Under the pieces are notes generated by a model. The model saw only the letters and a program-made list of their open reading frames with translations. It was not told the origin of the DNA and did no database searches. Below, piece after piece: positions 31,342 to 40,947 of a stretch of 64,000 nt of DNA. Origin of the DNA: Thermoanaerobaculia bacterium (GTDB lineage Bacteria > Acidobacteriota > Thermoanaerobaculia > Multivoradales > Multivoraceae); assembly GCA_963666565.1 (NCBI GenBank), contig OY762911.1:2400001-2464000 (forward strand), read 5' to 3'. Every line of letters begins with the position of its first letter. The stretch's first letter is position 1. A program made the translations under genes and the position numbers.

Positions 31342-31728
31342 GTGAGGGCGCTGCTGGACACCCACGCGCTTCTCTGGTGGGTGGCGGACAGCGCGCGTCT
31401 CTCGGAGACCGCTCGCGGCCTGATTGCCGACGACTCGAACGAGATCCTGGTCAGTGCGGCCTCGGCCTGGGAGATCGCGACGAAGTACCGGCTGGGCAAG
31501 TTGCCGGGAGGCGAAACCGTGGCGGCCGATGTCGTAGGCAGCATCCGGGCACAGGGGTTCACGGAACTCCAGATAAGCGTCGCCGATGCCGAACGCGCCG
31601 GACGCTTGCCCGGGCCGCACCGGGACCCGTTCGACCGGATGCTCATCGCGCAAGCCCTGGCGCGGGACCTGCCGGTCGTGTCGGTGGACGCGATGTTCGA
31701 CCGCTACGCCGTCAACCGGGTTTGGTGA
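31342..31728 (+). CDS. vapC: PIN-domain toxin
   Basis: LLDTHALLW, SAWEI, HRDPFDRMLIAQA. Confidence 0.93.
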   Translation: MRALLDTHALLWWVADSARLSETARGLIADDSNEILVSAASAWEIATKYRLGKLPGGETVAADVVGSIRAQGFTELQISVADAERAGRLPGPHRDPFDRMLIAQALARDLPVVSVDAMFDRYAVNRVW

Positions 31729-31736
31729 GTGTCGGC

Positions 31737-31827
31737 CGGTTCATCCCCGCGTGTGCGGGGAAATGCGGGAGGGCAGAGAGGCAGCTTGTTCCGCGAGCGG
31801 ATCATGACCGTGCCGTTGCGGGGGCGG
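31737..31827 (-). CRISPR. Orphan type I-E-like repeat plus a highly degenerate second copy 61 bp away
   Basis: CGGTTCATCCCCGCGTGTGCGGGGAA at 31737; CGGATCAT...GCGGGG at 31798. Confidence 0.6.
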
Positions 31828-32149
31828 TTCGATGCGTTTGGAGTTGGGCCGTCGTTGCGCCTCGTGCGGTTGCTCGCGAGCGCCGCGCCTGCGCCAAGTC
31901 GTAGCTGGCCTGCATCCGCATCCAATGAACGGCGGTTCCCCAACCGATGTCCTCCAGCGCCAGCGCCATCTTCGCGGAGACGCCGGCCCTGCCGTTCAAC
32001 AGCCGCGACAGAGTTCCGCGTTCGCAGCCGAGGCGCGCCGCCGTCTCGGTCACGCTCCATCCGACGTCGTCCACGTTCTCGCGGACGAGTTCGCCCAGAT
32101 GCGGTGGATCCAACATCGTGCCGACGCGGTCGCTCTCGCGATTGCTCAT
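31802..32149 (-). CDS. higA: HigA-family antitoxin (Xre HTH)
   Basis: PPHLGELVRE, AARLG...TLSRLLNG, MALAL, WMRMQASYDL; GGAGGAGG RBS. Confidence 0.9.
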   Translation of the reverse strand: MSNRESDRVGTMLDPPHLGELVRENVDDVGWSVTETAARLGCERGTLSRLLNGRAGVSAKMALALEDIGWGTAVHWMRMQASYDLAQARRSRATARGATTAQLQTHRTAPATARS

Positions 32150-32165
32150 GGTCCTCCTCCTGCTC

Positions 32166-34032
32166 TAGACTCCTTGAACAAGGGGCGTCTTAACAGTTGA
32201 GTCAAGTTTGGTTCGGGGTGTCCGTGTCGATTCGGCGTGACGGAGGTCGGCCTCAGGCTGCGAGTCGCTGTCCTCGCCAGGCTCGTTGGACGTCGCGGTC
32301 GTAGTTGGCGACGGTTCTTCGTAGCCGGGCGTTGGCTTCCGGGTCGAGGGTGGCGGACATGACGGGGCCGAGCACTCGGGCGTGGGTCCGGTGGTAGGCG
32401 AACGCTACGCGCAGTCCCCAGTCGGTGATCCGGTAGCGGTGGGTGCGGGGGATCCGCTCGATGATTCCCCGCAGTCGCAGCCGGCGCAGGTCGTAGGTCA
32501 TGCGGGAAGGGCCGTAGCGTTCCGGCGGGAGTCCGCACAAAGCGGCGACCGCGGGCCGCAGATCGCGGTTGCGGAAGCCGTTGGGCAGGAGGCTGAAGCG
32601 CAGCAGGGCGGCGAAGAGACTCTGCACCCTGCGGTCTCCGAAGCGAAGCGCCGAAGCGCGCTGACCCGAGATGCACCGCGGACGGTGCAGATCGTCGAGC
32701 GTTTCGGCTCCGAGCAGACAGTCGTGGCTGAGAGTTTGGACGCCGAGCAGGCGTCGGTTGGCGGCGAAGCCGACCTTCTTGAGGTCATCGAGGTTTCTCA
32801 GCAAACGACCGACATCGAAGTCGTAGGTGTCGTTGATCACCGTCTCGGTGCGCAGGGCGCGCCCTTCCTTGTGGTACTGCTTGATGCGCGAGTGCTTGTA
32901 GTCGACGTGCAGCGACGGGGAGACCCCGTCGGTAATGACGCGGGTGCGATACCGCGAGGGGGTGCGTCGCGTGACGCGGCGCTTGAAGATCAACTGCACG
33001 TGCTCGGGCCGTCCCATGTCGAGGTGCTCGCGCAGCACCTCCTCGAAGAAGACCCGACCCTGCACCGGGCGGTCGAAGACCTGGGTCAGGGCGAATTCGG
33101 CCTGGAGGATCGAGACGGCGTAGCGGATGCCCCGCCGCCGGTCGCCGGCGGAGAACGGATGCGGCAGGCGAGCCAGCCACTTGCGCAGCAGCGCGTCGAT
33201 CTTGTCCGCGCCGAACCCGTCGGCGAGCCGCTGCATCGCCTCCGGGTCCGAGCAGCGCAGGATGCCGTTGTCCAGCGACTCGTACTCGATCCCCCGCTTG
33301 CTCAACTGGCGCTTGAGGTACTCGTGTCCGTTGATGCACAGCTTGGCGTTGTAGGGGAAGTACGAGCAGAACTTCAGGAAGAACGGACCGAAGTCGTCGT
33401 CGAACACGTAGAAGTAGTACTGGTTGACCATCGCCGTCGAGTGCACCAGCCACGGATAGCCCGCGTCGGTCGCCGAGTCGTAACGACGCTCGGTACGCAG
33501 CACCCGAGCCTTCTCCTGCGCCTTGCCGACGTACAGCACCCCCTCGCCTCCATGCCACCGGCGAAGGTACTCGCGGGTGCGGTCGTCCTTGCGCTCGCCG
33601 CGCCGAAACGGGACGATGTCGGTCCGATGCTGCCGCGCGTAGCCCTTGATCGCGGCCACGAACCGCCTCGTCATCGGCGCCATCAGCACCGACGACGGCA
33701 CCTGCGCGCCCCGCACCTCCCGGAAGAACCAGGCCGCGCCCGCGCCACGCTGAAGCACCGGTACGTAGACGTTGAGGTACATCCGATCGACGCACTCCAG
33801 CGTCAACGACACATGCTCCTCAAGAACCTCGGCTGCCGTGCGTGCTACCTTCATCAGCGGACTCCGGTCGATGGGCTTCTCACCGGCCAGCTTAAGGCCA
33901 CCTTCGCCGCAGAGCGACAATACGGCGGATTCACTCCGCAGCTGAAGCAGCGACCGGAGTCCGATCGACGCCAAGGCCGACGCCGACCACCGCCGCGAAC
34001 ATGCTCGTCGGTCTGAGGCGAAGCCTCGTTAG
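32166..34032 (-). mobile_element. TIR-less insertion element of about 1.86 kb inserted in the higB stop codon
   Basis: CTA at both junctions (32166-32168, 34030-34032); removal restores DYH-TAG, RBS and higA; hairpins near both ends. Confidence 0.8.
32253..33854 (-). CDS. Putative transposase of an uncharacterised family with C-terminal winged HTH
   Basis: Only large ORF in the element; IKQYHKEGRALRTETVIN; YDLRRLRLRGIIERIPRTHRY wHTH. Confidence 0.7.
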   Translation of the reverse strand: MKVARTAAEVLEEHVSLTLECVDRMYLNVYVPVLQRGAGAAWFFREVRGAQVPSSVLMAPMTRRFVAAIKGYARQHRTDIVPFRRGERKDDRTREYLRRWHGGEGVLYVGKAQEKARVLRTERRYDSATDAGYPWLVHSTAMVNQYYFYVFDDDFGPFFLKFCSYFPYNAKLCINGHEYLKRQLSKRGIEYESLDNGILRCSDPEAMQRLADGFGADKIDALLRKWLARLPHPFSAGDRRRGIRYAVSILQAEFALTQVFDRPVQGRVFFEEVLREHLDMGRPEHVQLIFKRRVTRRTPSRYRTRVITDGVSPSLHVDYKHSRIKQYHKEGRALRTETVINDTYDFDVGRLLRNLDDLKKVGFAANRRLLGVQTLSHDCLLGAETLDDLHRPRCISGQRASALRFGDRRVQSLFAALLRFSLLPNGFRNRDLRPAVAALCGLPPERYGPSRMTYDLRRLRLRGIIERIPRTHRYRITDWGLRVAFAYHRTHARVLGPVMSATLDPEANARLRRTVANYDRDVQRAWRGQRLAA

Positions 34033-34076
34033 TGGTAGTCGATCAGGTCCACGTCCACGGCATCCTCGAATCGGAA
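34029..34076 (-). pseudogene. higB: C-terminal remnant of a HigB/RelE toxin
   Basis: FRFEDAVDVDLIDYH-stop is typical of HigB C-termini; in-frame stop upstream and no start. Confidence 0.75.
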
Positions 34077-34100
34077 CGCGTGCCGAGCAGGTGTCCGGAG

Positions 34101-34289
34101 TCAGCGGAGGAACGAGAGAACCAAGCCCAGGCCGCCCCAGATGAAGTACCCGGCGATCAGGACGACGGCGGCGCCGAAGGCGATGTCGGGGAAGCTGGTC
34201 ACGAAGGAGTGCAGCGCGTACAGGACCGCGCCCAGAGCGACGGCGAGCGCCGCGATGGTCGCAACGACGATGTAGGTCGCCTGCCTCAT
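34101..34289 (-). CDS. Small two-TM membrane protein
   Basis: 62-aa hydrophobic ORF at the array trailer. Confidence 0.5.
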   Translation of the reverse strand: MRQATYIVVATIAALAVALGAVLYALHSFVTSFPDIAFGAAVVLIAGYFIWGGLGLVLSFLR

Positions 34290-34415
34290 GAGGGGACCCT
34301 AGCAGGGCCACCGGTGCGCTGGACCGCACCAATGTGGATGCTGCGGGACGGGGCCGAGGTTCGCTCACTTTCTGAGCGACGTTTGGTTCAGTTTCTGAGC
34401 GATGCCAGCACCGGG

Positions 34416-37005
34416 GGTCTATCCCCGCGGGTGCGGGGGAACCCGCCCGATGGACACCGGCAAGCTGGCGGAGTCGGGTCTATCCCCGCGGGTGCGGGGG
34501 AACCAGGCCGGCCAGCCGATCGGCCACGTTCGCCGGGGGTCTATCCCCGCGGGTGCGGGGGAACCGAGTTCTTCCGGCGCGTGCTGGACGAGGGACTGGG
34601 TCTATCCCCGCGGGTGCGGGGGAACCGTGTACGCGCCGATCACGGGCTCGGAGCCGTCGGGTCTATCCCCGCGGGTGCGGGGGAACCAACCCCGGCGGCG
34701 CCGTCGCCGACGGCAAGGAGGGTCTATCCCCGCGGGTGCGGGGGAACCCCCGCGGCCGTCAGCGCCGTGCCGACCCGCTTGGGTCTATCCCCGCGGGTGC
34801 GGGGGAACCGGCCCGGCCGACGGCCTCTGGTGGGCCGACGTGGGTCTATCCCCGCGGGTGCGGGGGAACCGCAGGATGCGATCAACGCCTGCCGCAAGGC
34901 GGAGGTCTATCCCCGCGGGTGCGGGGGAACCGGCGATCGTTCTGTGCGCCGGAGATCGTCAGCAGGTCTATCCCCGCGGGTGCGGGGGAACCCGCGGATG
35001 GGACGGGCGGTCCGATGCCGTGCTGGGTCTATCCCCGCGGGTGCGGGGGAACCGGACGCCCCGATCGACTACGTCCGGGAGGATCGGGTCTATCCCCGCG
35101 GGTGCGGGGGAACCCTCCCGCAAGTTCCAGAAGGCAGGGGTACGGGGGGTCTATCCCCGCGGGTGCGGGGGAACCGAGGAGCGGCCCGACCTCCCGCGAC
35201 AGCCACTCGGTCTATCCCCGCGGGTGCGGGGGAACCACCGTCGACCTCGAGGGCATCCTGACCATCGAGGGTCTATCCCCGCGGGTGCGGGGGAACCGAG
35301 CGCCCTCACTTCCTCGCCTCCACGGCGTGAGGTCTATCCCCGCGGGTGCGGGGGAACCTACGAGCAGGAGCATGAGAACCGCACGATCGAGGGTCTATCC
35401 CCGCGGGTGCGGGGGAACCGTGGCCTTGGCCAGGTCGCGGGCGAGGTCGTGGGGTCTATCCCCGCGGGTGCGGGGGAACCGCCCCCCTGGCGGAGCCTCA
35501 GGCCCCAGATCAGGGTCTATCCCCGCGGGTGCGGGGGAACCGCCCCGGAACCGATCGGCCGCGTCCTCGCCCTGGGTCTATCCCCGCGGGTGCGGGGGAA
35601 CCGTCTACCAGGGCGCGAACGACGTGACGGACGAGGGTCTATCCCCGCGGGTGCGGGGGAACCCAGGTCGGCGAGGCCATCGACACGGGCGAACGGGGTC
35701 TATCCCCGCGGGTGCGGGGGAACCTGGCGACGACCGACTCCAGCGCGAACATCCCGAGGTCTATCCCCGCGGGTGCGGGGGAACCGAGCGCGCCCAGGGC
35801 GACGCGCCGACGGTCACGGGTCTATCCCCGCGGGTGCGGGGGAACCCTCCTCGCCCCGGAACACGCCGCCGGAGAAGGCGGTCTATCCCCGCGGGTGCGG
35901 GGGAACCACCTTGCACCGGCAGCCCCAGCCGTTCGGAGGGGGTCTATCCCCGCGGGTGCGGGGGAACCTCGCCGGCCTTGATGGCGGCGGCAAGCGCCTT
36001 GGGTCTATCCCCGCGGGTGCGGGGGAACCACGCGGCACCGATGAAGCGAGGAGGAACGATGAGGTCTATCCCCGCGGGTGCGGGGGAACCCGCCGGGCCG
36101 CCATCCTCCGCGACGTACTCGAGGGTCTATCCCCGCGGGTGCGGGGGAACCGGCAGCGACTGGGCGGCGACGGACCGGCTGTTGGGTCTATCCCCGCGGG
36201 TGCGGGGGAACCCGCCTGTTCCTCCACCTCCACGTCGTAGGTCGAGGTCTATCCCCGCGGGTGCGGGGGAACCCAGTCCGTCTGGCCGGCCTGATCCGGC
36301 GGCAGGGGTCTATCCCCGCGGGTGCGGGGGAACCACCAGGGAGCTCGCGTAGCTGGAGAACAGATCGGGTCTATCCCCGCGGGTGCGGGGGAACCCTCGG
36401 CGGGAGCGGCCGGCGTCTCGGACATGGCGGTCTATCCCCGCGGGTGCGGGGGAACCGTGACCTGCCGTTTCCGGCGTCGCAGGGCAACGGGTCTATCCCC
36501 GCGGGTGCGGGGGAACCTAGGCGGGACATACATACATACAACCGCACGGCGGTCTATCCCCGCGGGTGCGGGGGAACCCATCAAAAGGTAAGAGTCAAAG
36601 GATCCAGCAAGGGTCTATCCCCGCGGGTGCGGGGGAACCTGGAGCGATCAGCACGTCGCGTGGTTGCTCGGGGGTCTATCCCCGCGGGTGCGGGGGAACC
36701 GGTGTCGCATGTGGGTCTGGACATCGATCGCGGGGTCTATCCCCGCGGGTGCGGGGGAACCCTGAACGACGCGACTCGCGCGCCGGAGGAGCGGGGTCTA
36801 TCCCCGCGGGTGCGGGGGAACCATGTTCCGGCAGGGAGAGGATCAGGCGCGGAACGGTCTATCCCCGCGGGTGCGGGGGAACCAGCCGCGCCGATTGGTG
36901 GATCGAGCAGGAAGAGGGTCTATCCCCGCGGGTGCGGGGGAACCCTGGTCTTGATCGTCGCAGCGTCGCAAGCGTTGGGTCTATCCCCGCGGGTGCGGGG
37001 GAACC
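34416..37005 (-). CRISPR. Type I-E CRISPR array, 43 repeats and 42 spacers
   Basis: Repeat GGTCTATCCCCGCGGGTGCGGGGGAACC (+ strand), exact 61-bp period; orientation inferred from cas2 and leader. Confidence 0.99.
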
Positions 37006-37121
37006 TCTGGCCATTTTGGCCGATTCGCCGCGAAGAGTCGAGGCTCTGGCCAGTGCATGGAAGACGAAACCGTAGTTCCGTGTCTCGCTTCAGTTGTCAA
37101 AGAGCGGGAACTCCGGCGCGA
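37006..37121 (-). promoter_or_regulatory. CRISPR leader
   Basis: Non-coding region between cas2 and first repeat; contains CTCTTTGACAA on the minus strand. Confidence 0.75.
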
Positions 37122-37415
37122 TCACGACTTCTTGACGAGCAGGACGCCGTCGGCGTCCCAGATGTCCTTCGGGGGGTCGCCAAGGTGGCGAAGCGCCAGA
37201 CCTCCGGCGGCCGTGCCGTCGCGCCAGATCATGGCGATGGCACCGTTGCCGAGAGTGGTGAACCAGTCCTCGACCACTGTCCAGATCCGCTCCCGTACGC
37301 CGGCCGAGAGATCGGGGGACACGTACACGCCTGGCGCCACTTCGAGCATCGCGGACGCGAGAAAGCCCCGATACCTGGCTTCGACGTCCCGCGTCACGAT
37401 CACCGTCATGGGCAC
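37122..37415 (-). CDS. cas2: Type I-E Cas2
   Basis: RYRGFL...LEVAPGVYVS...VRERIW. Confidence 0.95.
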   Translation of the reverse strand: MPMTVIVTRDVEARYRGFLASAMLEVAPGVYVSPDLSAGVRERIWTVVEDWFTTLGNGAIAMIWRDGTAAGGLALRHLGDPPKDIWDADGVLLVKKS

Positions 37416-37418
37416 GGT

Positions 37419-38321
37419 CTACGAACTCCGTAGCGGGGGACTCTCCGCGTCGTCAAAGAGCGCCTTGATGCGGTCGATCATCTTCGGGATGGTCCGTTCT
37501 CGTTGGAGGGTTCGCCCGCACTCCCGGCGGGTAACCCGTTCGATGTTCTGACGGCCCCCGCTCTCCGAGACCTTTCGGGCTGAGCGGAACGCCACCGGTA
37601 TCGTGACCGAGTCGCGGAACAGATCGGCGATGTCGAGCACGAAGGACTGTCCGGAATCTTCGTGGATGAAGCCGAGTTGCGGGAGCGTTGCCGTCGCGGA
37701 CACGGCGATAGCGGCTGCCGCTTCCACGGCGCTCACGGCATGGTTCAGAGCCTGATTGGGGAGGTCGGCGGCGCCCGGTCGCGCCCTGTCGTAGCGGCGC
37801 CCTCGCCAGTCGATTCCGGCCTGGATGGCTGCCAGGCGATAGCTTTCCTTCATCCGGGCGCCCTCCATGCCGCGAAGGACGGCGATCTTCTCGTTGGGCA
37901 GGACTTCCCCCAACCGCCATGCGTACATGCGACGAGCGAGGTGAAGACGGATGCTCGGGTCTGCCCACGCTCGAGCCTGCCGTCGGGCAAGGCCCGAACG
38001 GTTGGCGATGAGTGGCGGCGCCGTGTAGCACCGCACGCCGTCTTCGCCGACCGCCGCCAGCGCCGTACCGTGCCTCGCCAACAGTCGCAGCGCATCGTGA
38101 CTCACGGTGGAGCCGGGACCGAGCAGGATCATCGACACACCCTGAAGCGGTATGCCGTAGCGGCCAGGGTCGAGCGGGTCGTTCTCCCTCGTTTTCGGCC
38201 CGCGCTCGAAGGACAGCGTGCCGTCGCGAGCTGTCAACGCGCCCCGGGAGAGCCATAGGAGGCCCGCACGGTCGGCATGAGGAATCCGGGCCGTTTCGAG
38301 GCCGAGGCGACCCTTGAACAT
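37419..38321 (-). CDS. cas1: Type I-E Cas1
   Basis: LGPGSTVSHDA, LRGMEGARM, LGFIH, FVLDIADL. Confidence 0.97.
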   Translation of the reverse strand: MFKGRLGLETARIPHADRAGLLWLSRGALTARDGTLSFERGPKTRENDPLDPGRYGIPLQGVSMILLGPGSTVSHDALRLLARHGTALAAVGEDGVRCYTAPPLIANRSGLARRQARAWADPSIRLHLARRMYAWRLGEVLPNEKIAVLRGMEGARMKESYRLAAIQAGIDWRGRRYDRARPGAADLPNQALNHAVSAVEAAAAIAVSATATLPQLGFIHEDSGQSFVLDIADLFRDSVTIPVAFRSARKVSESGGRQNIERVTRRECGRTLQRERTIPKMIDRIKALFDDAESPPLRSS

Positions 38322-39107
38322 CTAGCGTTCCGGCGCAGGTTGGCCCGGCGGTCGAAGCAGCAGCATGCCGTAGCCGTAGGCGCGATGGCGCCCGACGCCC
38401 TTGCGGAGCATGTGGGCGAACCTGTCCGCGTCGTTGACCGTCATGGTGCCGTGGAGGATCGCATCGGGTCCCTCGGGGCCCCCGTTCTCGCCGCGGACTA
38501 TCCGGGTTCGTTGGAACCCGGCCAACTTGCACTGATCCACCGCAACCACATCGTCGAATCGTTCGGCAAGCCAATCCCGGTAGACGGATTCGCGCGTGAT
38601 GCTGGCTCGTTCGGTCGAAGCGTCCCGCCCGCGCGGCGTCCCAGGGCAAGTTCGGAGCAACGCCAATCGGTACGCATCCACTTCGCTGCCCTTGGACAGC
38701 GAGGAGCCGAGTTGCGGGTCGGGCAAGTCGTTCCTCAGACGACGAACGGGCCGGAGTCGAAGGTCGAAACCGAGACGCTCGCCCTGCTCGAAGGCTGAAG
38801 GCATCGGTTTCGACCTCAGCCGTTGGGGCGCGATGACCTCTTCGCAGTCGGGCGGAGCGACGCCGGCCGCCCTCAGCCGCAAGCTGGCTTCATCTCCGTC
38901 GGAGTAGCCATAGAGTGCCGCGCTGCGCCGGCGTTCCGAGGCGAACAAACGAAAGGGCTGGAGTGCCCCCTTGCCGAACATGGCGGACAGGAGAACGTGA
39001 AGGGCGTAGCCCGCATCGAAGGCGCCGCGCCGAATCAGACCGCGGCGGCCTGCCCACCGGTTGAACCTCCTCATGTCGAGAGGAGCATGTACGAGGTGCA
39101 GCTTCAT
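38322..39107 (-). CDS. cas6e: Cas6e (Cse3)
   Basis: C-terminal GVGRHRAYGYGML glycine-rich loop. Confidence 0.92.
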   Translation of the reverse strand: MKLHLVHAPLDMRRFNRWAGRRGLIRRGAFDAGYALHVLLSAMFGKGALQPFRLFASERRRSAALYGYSDGDEASLRLRAAGVAPPDCEEVIAPQRLRSKPMPSAFEQGERLGFDLRLRPVRRLRNDLPDPQLGSSLSKGSEVDAYRLALLRTCPGTPRGRDASTERASITRESVYRDWLAERFDDVVAVDQCKLAGFQRTRIVRGENGGPEGPDAILHGTMTVNDADRFAHMLRKGVGRHRAYGYGMLLLRPPGQPAPER

Positions 39108-39817
39108 TCCGCGCTCCGTGAGGACGCGATGTAGCCCGTGCAGACCTGCCTTGCTCCGCCGTGAAGTCCGCTGACCCAGTTTCGCTCGTCGGTCACGCTC
39201 GCAACACGGTCGGCGCCAGCCGTCCCTTCCGCCGCCGGCCAAGTCGCAAGCAGGCCGTTCGAGTTCGGGAGCGCGACTGCTTCCAACGCCTCTCGTGCCG
39301 CGGGCGCGTCCACCCACCCCTCGAAGATAGGCGACGAAGGCAGACAGCTCTTGCGCCCTATGAACAACGGCCGTGCCGGCTGCTCAAGGGCAGCCTGCAG
39401 CGCATCAAGCGTGGGATGAGCCTCTGCGGGTTCCAGCTTCAGCACAACGCTCATTCGCAAGTCGGCGTGATACTCGCGCCAACGTTGGTGTCTGCCCTCG
39501 TAGGTCTTCGCCCCGCCGTGTCTGCCTGCGGGGGTGCCGCGAGTGGTCCACGCACGGTCGTTCTTGCCCAGTTGCGCTGTCTGGTAGTCCGTCATGCGAT
39601 TCAAGCCGATGTCCCTCTCCCATACGGCACCGAAGACGACTCGCTCCTGCAGCGCCTGGTGCTCGGCCCGCATCGACCGCGACCATCCCAGAGCGTTCGC
39701 GAGCAGGCCGGTCAACATGGACTGGGCCGGGACATCTCGAATCACGCCATGCGCGTCGACGGTCTCCCCGCCGAACGCGCCTATGGGGGCACGAAGACGC
39801 AGGTGCATCCAGCGCAT
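39104..39817 (-). CDS. cas5e: Cas5e
   Basis: LTGLLANALG, DYQTA, REYHAD, LFIGRKSC. Confidence 0.93.
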   Translation of the reverse strand: MRWMHLRLRAPIGAFGGETVDAHGVIRDVPAQSMLTGLLANALGWSRSMRAEHQALQERVVFGAVWERDIGLNRMTDYQTAQLGKNDRAWTTRGTPAGRHGGAKTYEGRHQRWREYHADLRMSVVLKLEPAEAHPTLDALQAALEQPARPLFIGRKSCLPSSPIFEGWVDAPAAREALEAVALPNSNGLLATWPAAEGTAGADRVASVTDERNWVSGLHGGARQVCTGYIASSRSAE

Positions 39818-40947
39818 CAGGCCCTGCCGTCCCTCACGACGGTGCTGGCCCACGAAGCGAGCTCCCGCAACGTCGACGACCGCTCCGCTCCCGGTACTTG
39901 GGTCTCTTCGAGACCGATGAACCGGCGTTCTTCGCCGGTCTCGTAAAGGGCGTCGACGTTGTTCAGGAACTGGGCAGCCTTCTCTTGGGCGACCAGCCTG
40001 TTGGGTCTGCAGGGCTCCCGGTACGCCTCGGCGAGGCTCCGCGGCTGCCGGTCGCCAGCCTCTACCAGCATCCAGCTCGCGTAGCCGTAGGGTGCTGTCG
40101 GTCCCAACTTGGCGCCGGGCGTCACCGTGGCGATGAGATGAATCAGCCTGCGCGCCACCTCGCCGGCCATCTCGGCGTCACCGCCCAGGTTGCGGACAAG
40201 ACCGTTTCGATCCAGGACCACGTAGCCGTAGAACAGCCCCGAAGTCAGCTCGGTCTCTCCGATGTGATCGGCGCCTGAGTCGTCCTCCGCTCCTCGGAGA
40301 TCGTCGACGACGGTGAAGTAGTCACTCTCGCTTTCTTCCCGGTGAACGGTGAAGGCGTGTGCGACATGGACAGCGGCGTCGATGTTCGCCTCCACGTCCG
40401 ATGTGACCATGCGTCCGAACAGGGCGGCGGCGATGCCGCCGGGGAGGGAGCAATTCTCTCGGAGCGCCTTCATGTTGGCCTTTGAGTTCTTCTGCCAGCT
40501 TTCCGCCGCCTCTGCCGCTGCCTTGACGTCGGTTCCGTGTTCCTGCGCGATCTTGAGTGCTTCGGCTGCCAGGTACTCGATCTCGGGTTCGCCGAGCAAC
40601 AGGGGCTGGCGACTCTCGTCGCCTTTTTCGCCGTACACGGCCTTCTGGAATGCGGTCGAGATGGCCTTGACGACCTCTGCGTCATGGTCGGCATCGCGGA
40701 GGGGTTGAATCACTTGGCGGCTCACCGTCTCGCGGGACCGAACGCTCGCAGCAGCGCCGTCGATCCGTTGGAGCGCGTGTGGACTCTCGGTCACCCGCCA
40801 ATGGCGCTTGAGGCACTGAGACGAAACGCGCGTGCGCATGGCGTCGCCATAGAGAATCCTCTTGGCAAGGCCGGAGTCGTCGCGGTTCAACAGCACGGCC
40901 GAGTAGCCGTGCAGGCTGTGAATCTGGAGAAAGCGGGCGTCAGGCAT
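39817..40947 (-). CDS. cas7e: Cas7 (Cse4)
   Basis: LNRDDSG, RVSSQCLKRHWR, ALFGRM, DYFTVVDDL. Confidence 0.96.
   Translation of the reverse strand: MPDARFLQIHSLHGYSAVLLNRDDSGLAKRILYGDAMRTRVSSQCLKRHWRVTESPHALQRIDGAAASVRSRETVSRQVIQPLRDADHDAEVVKAISTAFQKAVYGEKGDESRQPLLLGEPEIEYLAAEALKIAQEHGTDVKAAAEAAESWQKNSKANMKALRENCSLPGGIAAALFGRMVTSDVEANIDAAVHVAHAFTVHREESESDYFTVVDDLRGAEDDSGADHIGETELTSGLFYGYVVLDRNGLVRNLGGDAEMAGEVARRLIHLIATVTPGAKLGPTAPYGYASWMLVEAGDRQPRSLAEAYREPCRPNRLVAQEKAAQFLNNVDALYETGEERRFIGLEETQVPGAERSSTLRELASWASTVVRDGRA

Noticed and set aside
34416-37005. Self-targeting or duplicated spacers in the main array
   Set aside because: None noticed by eye; not exhaustive, needs an alignment
34032-37433. 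Long ORFs of 400-600 aa across the CRISPR array
   Set aside because: Translations of the stop-free repeat (VYPRGCGGT, GLSPRVRGN)
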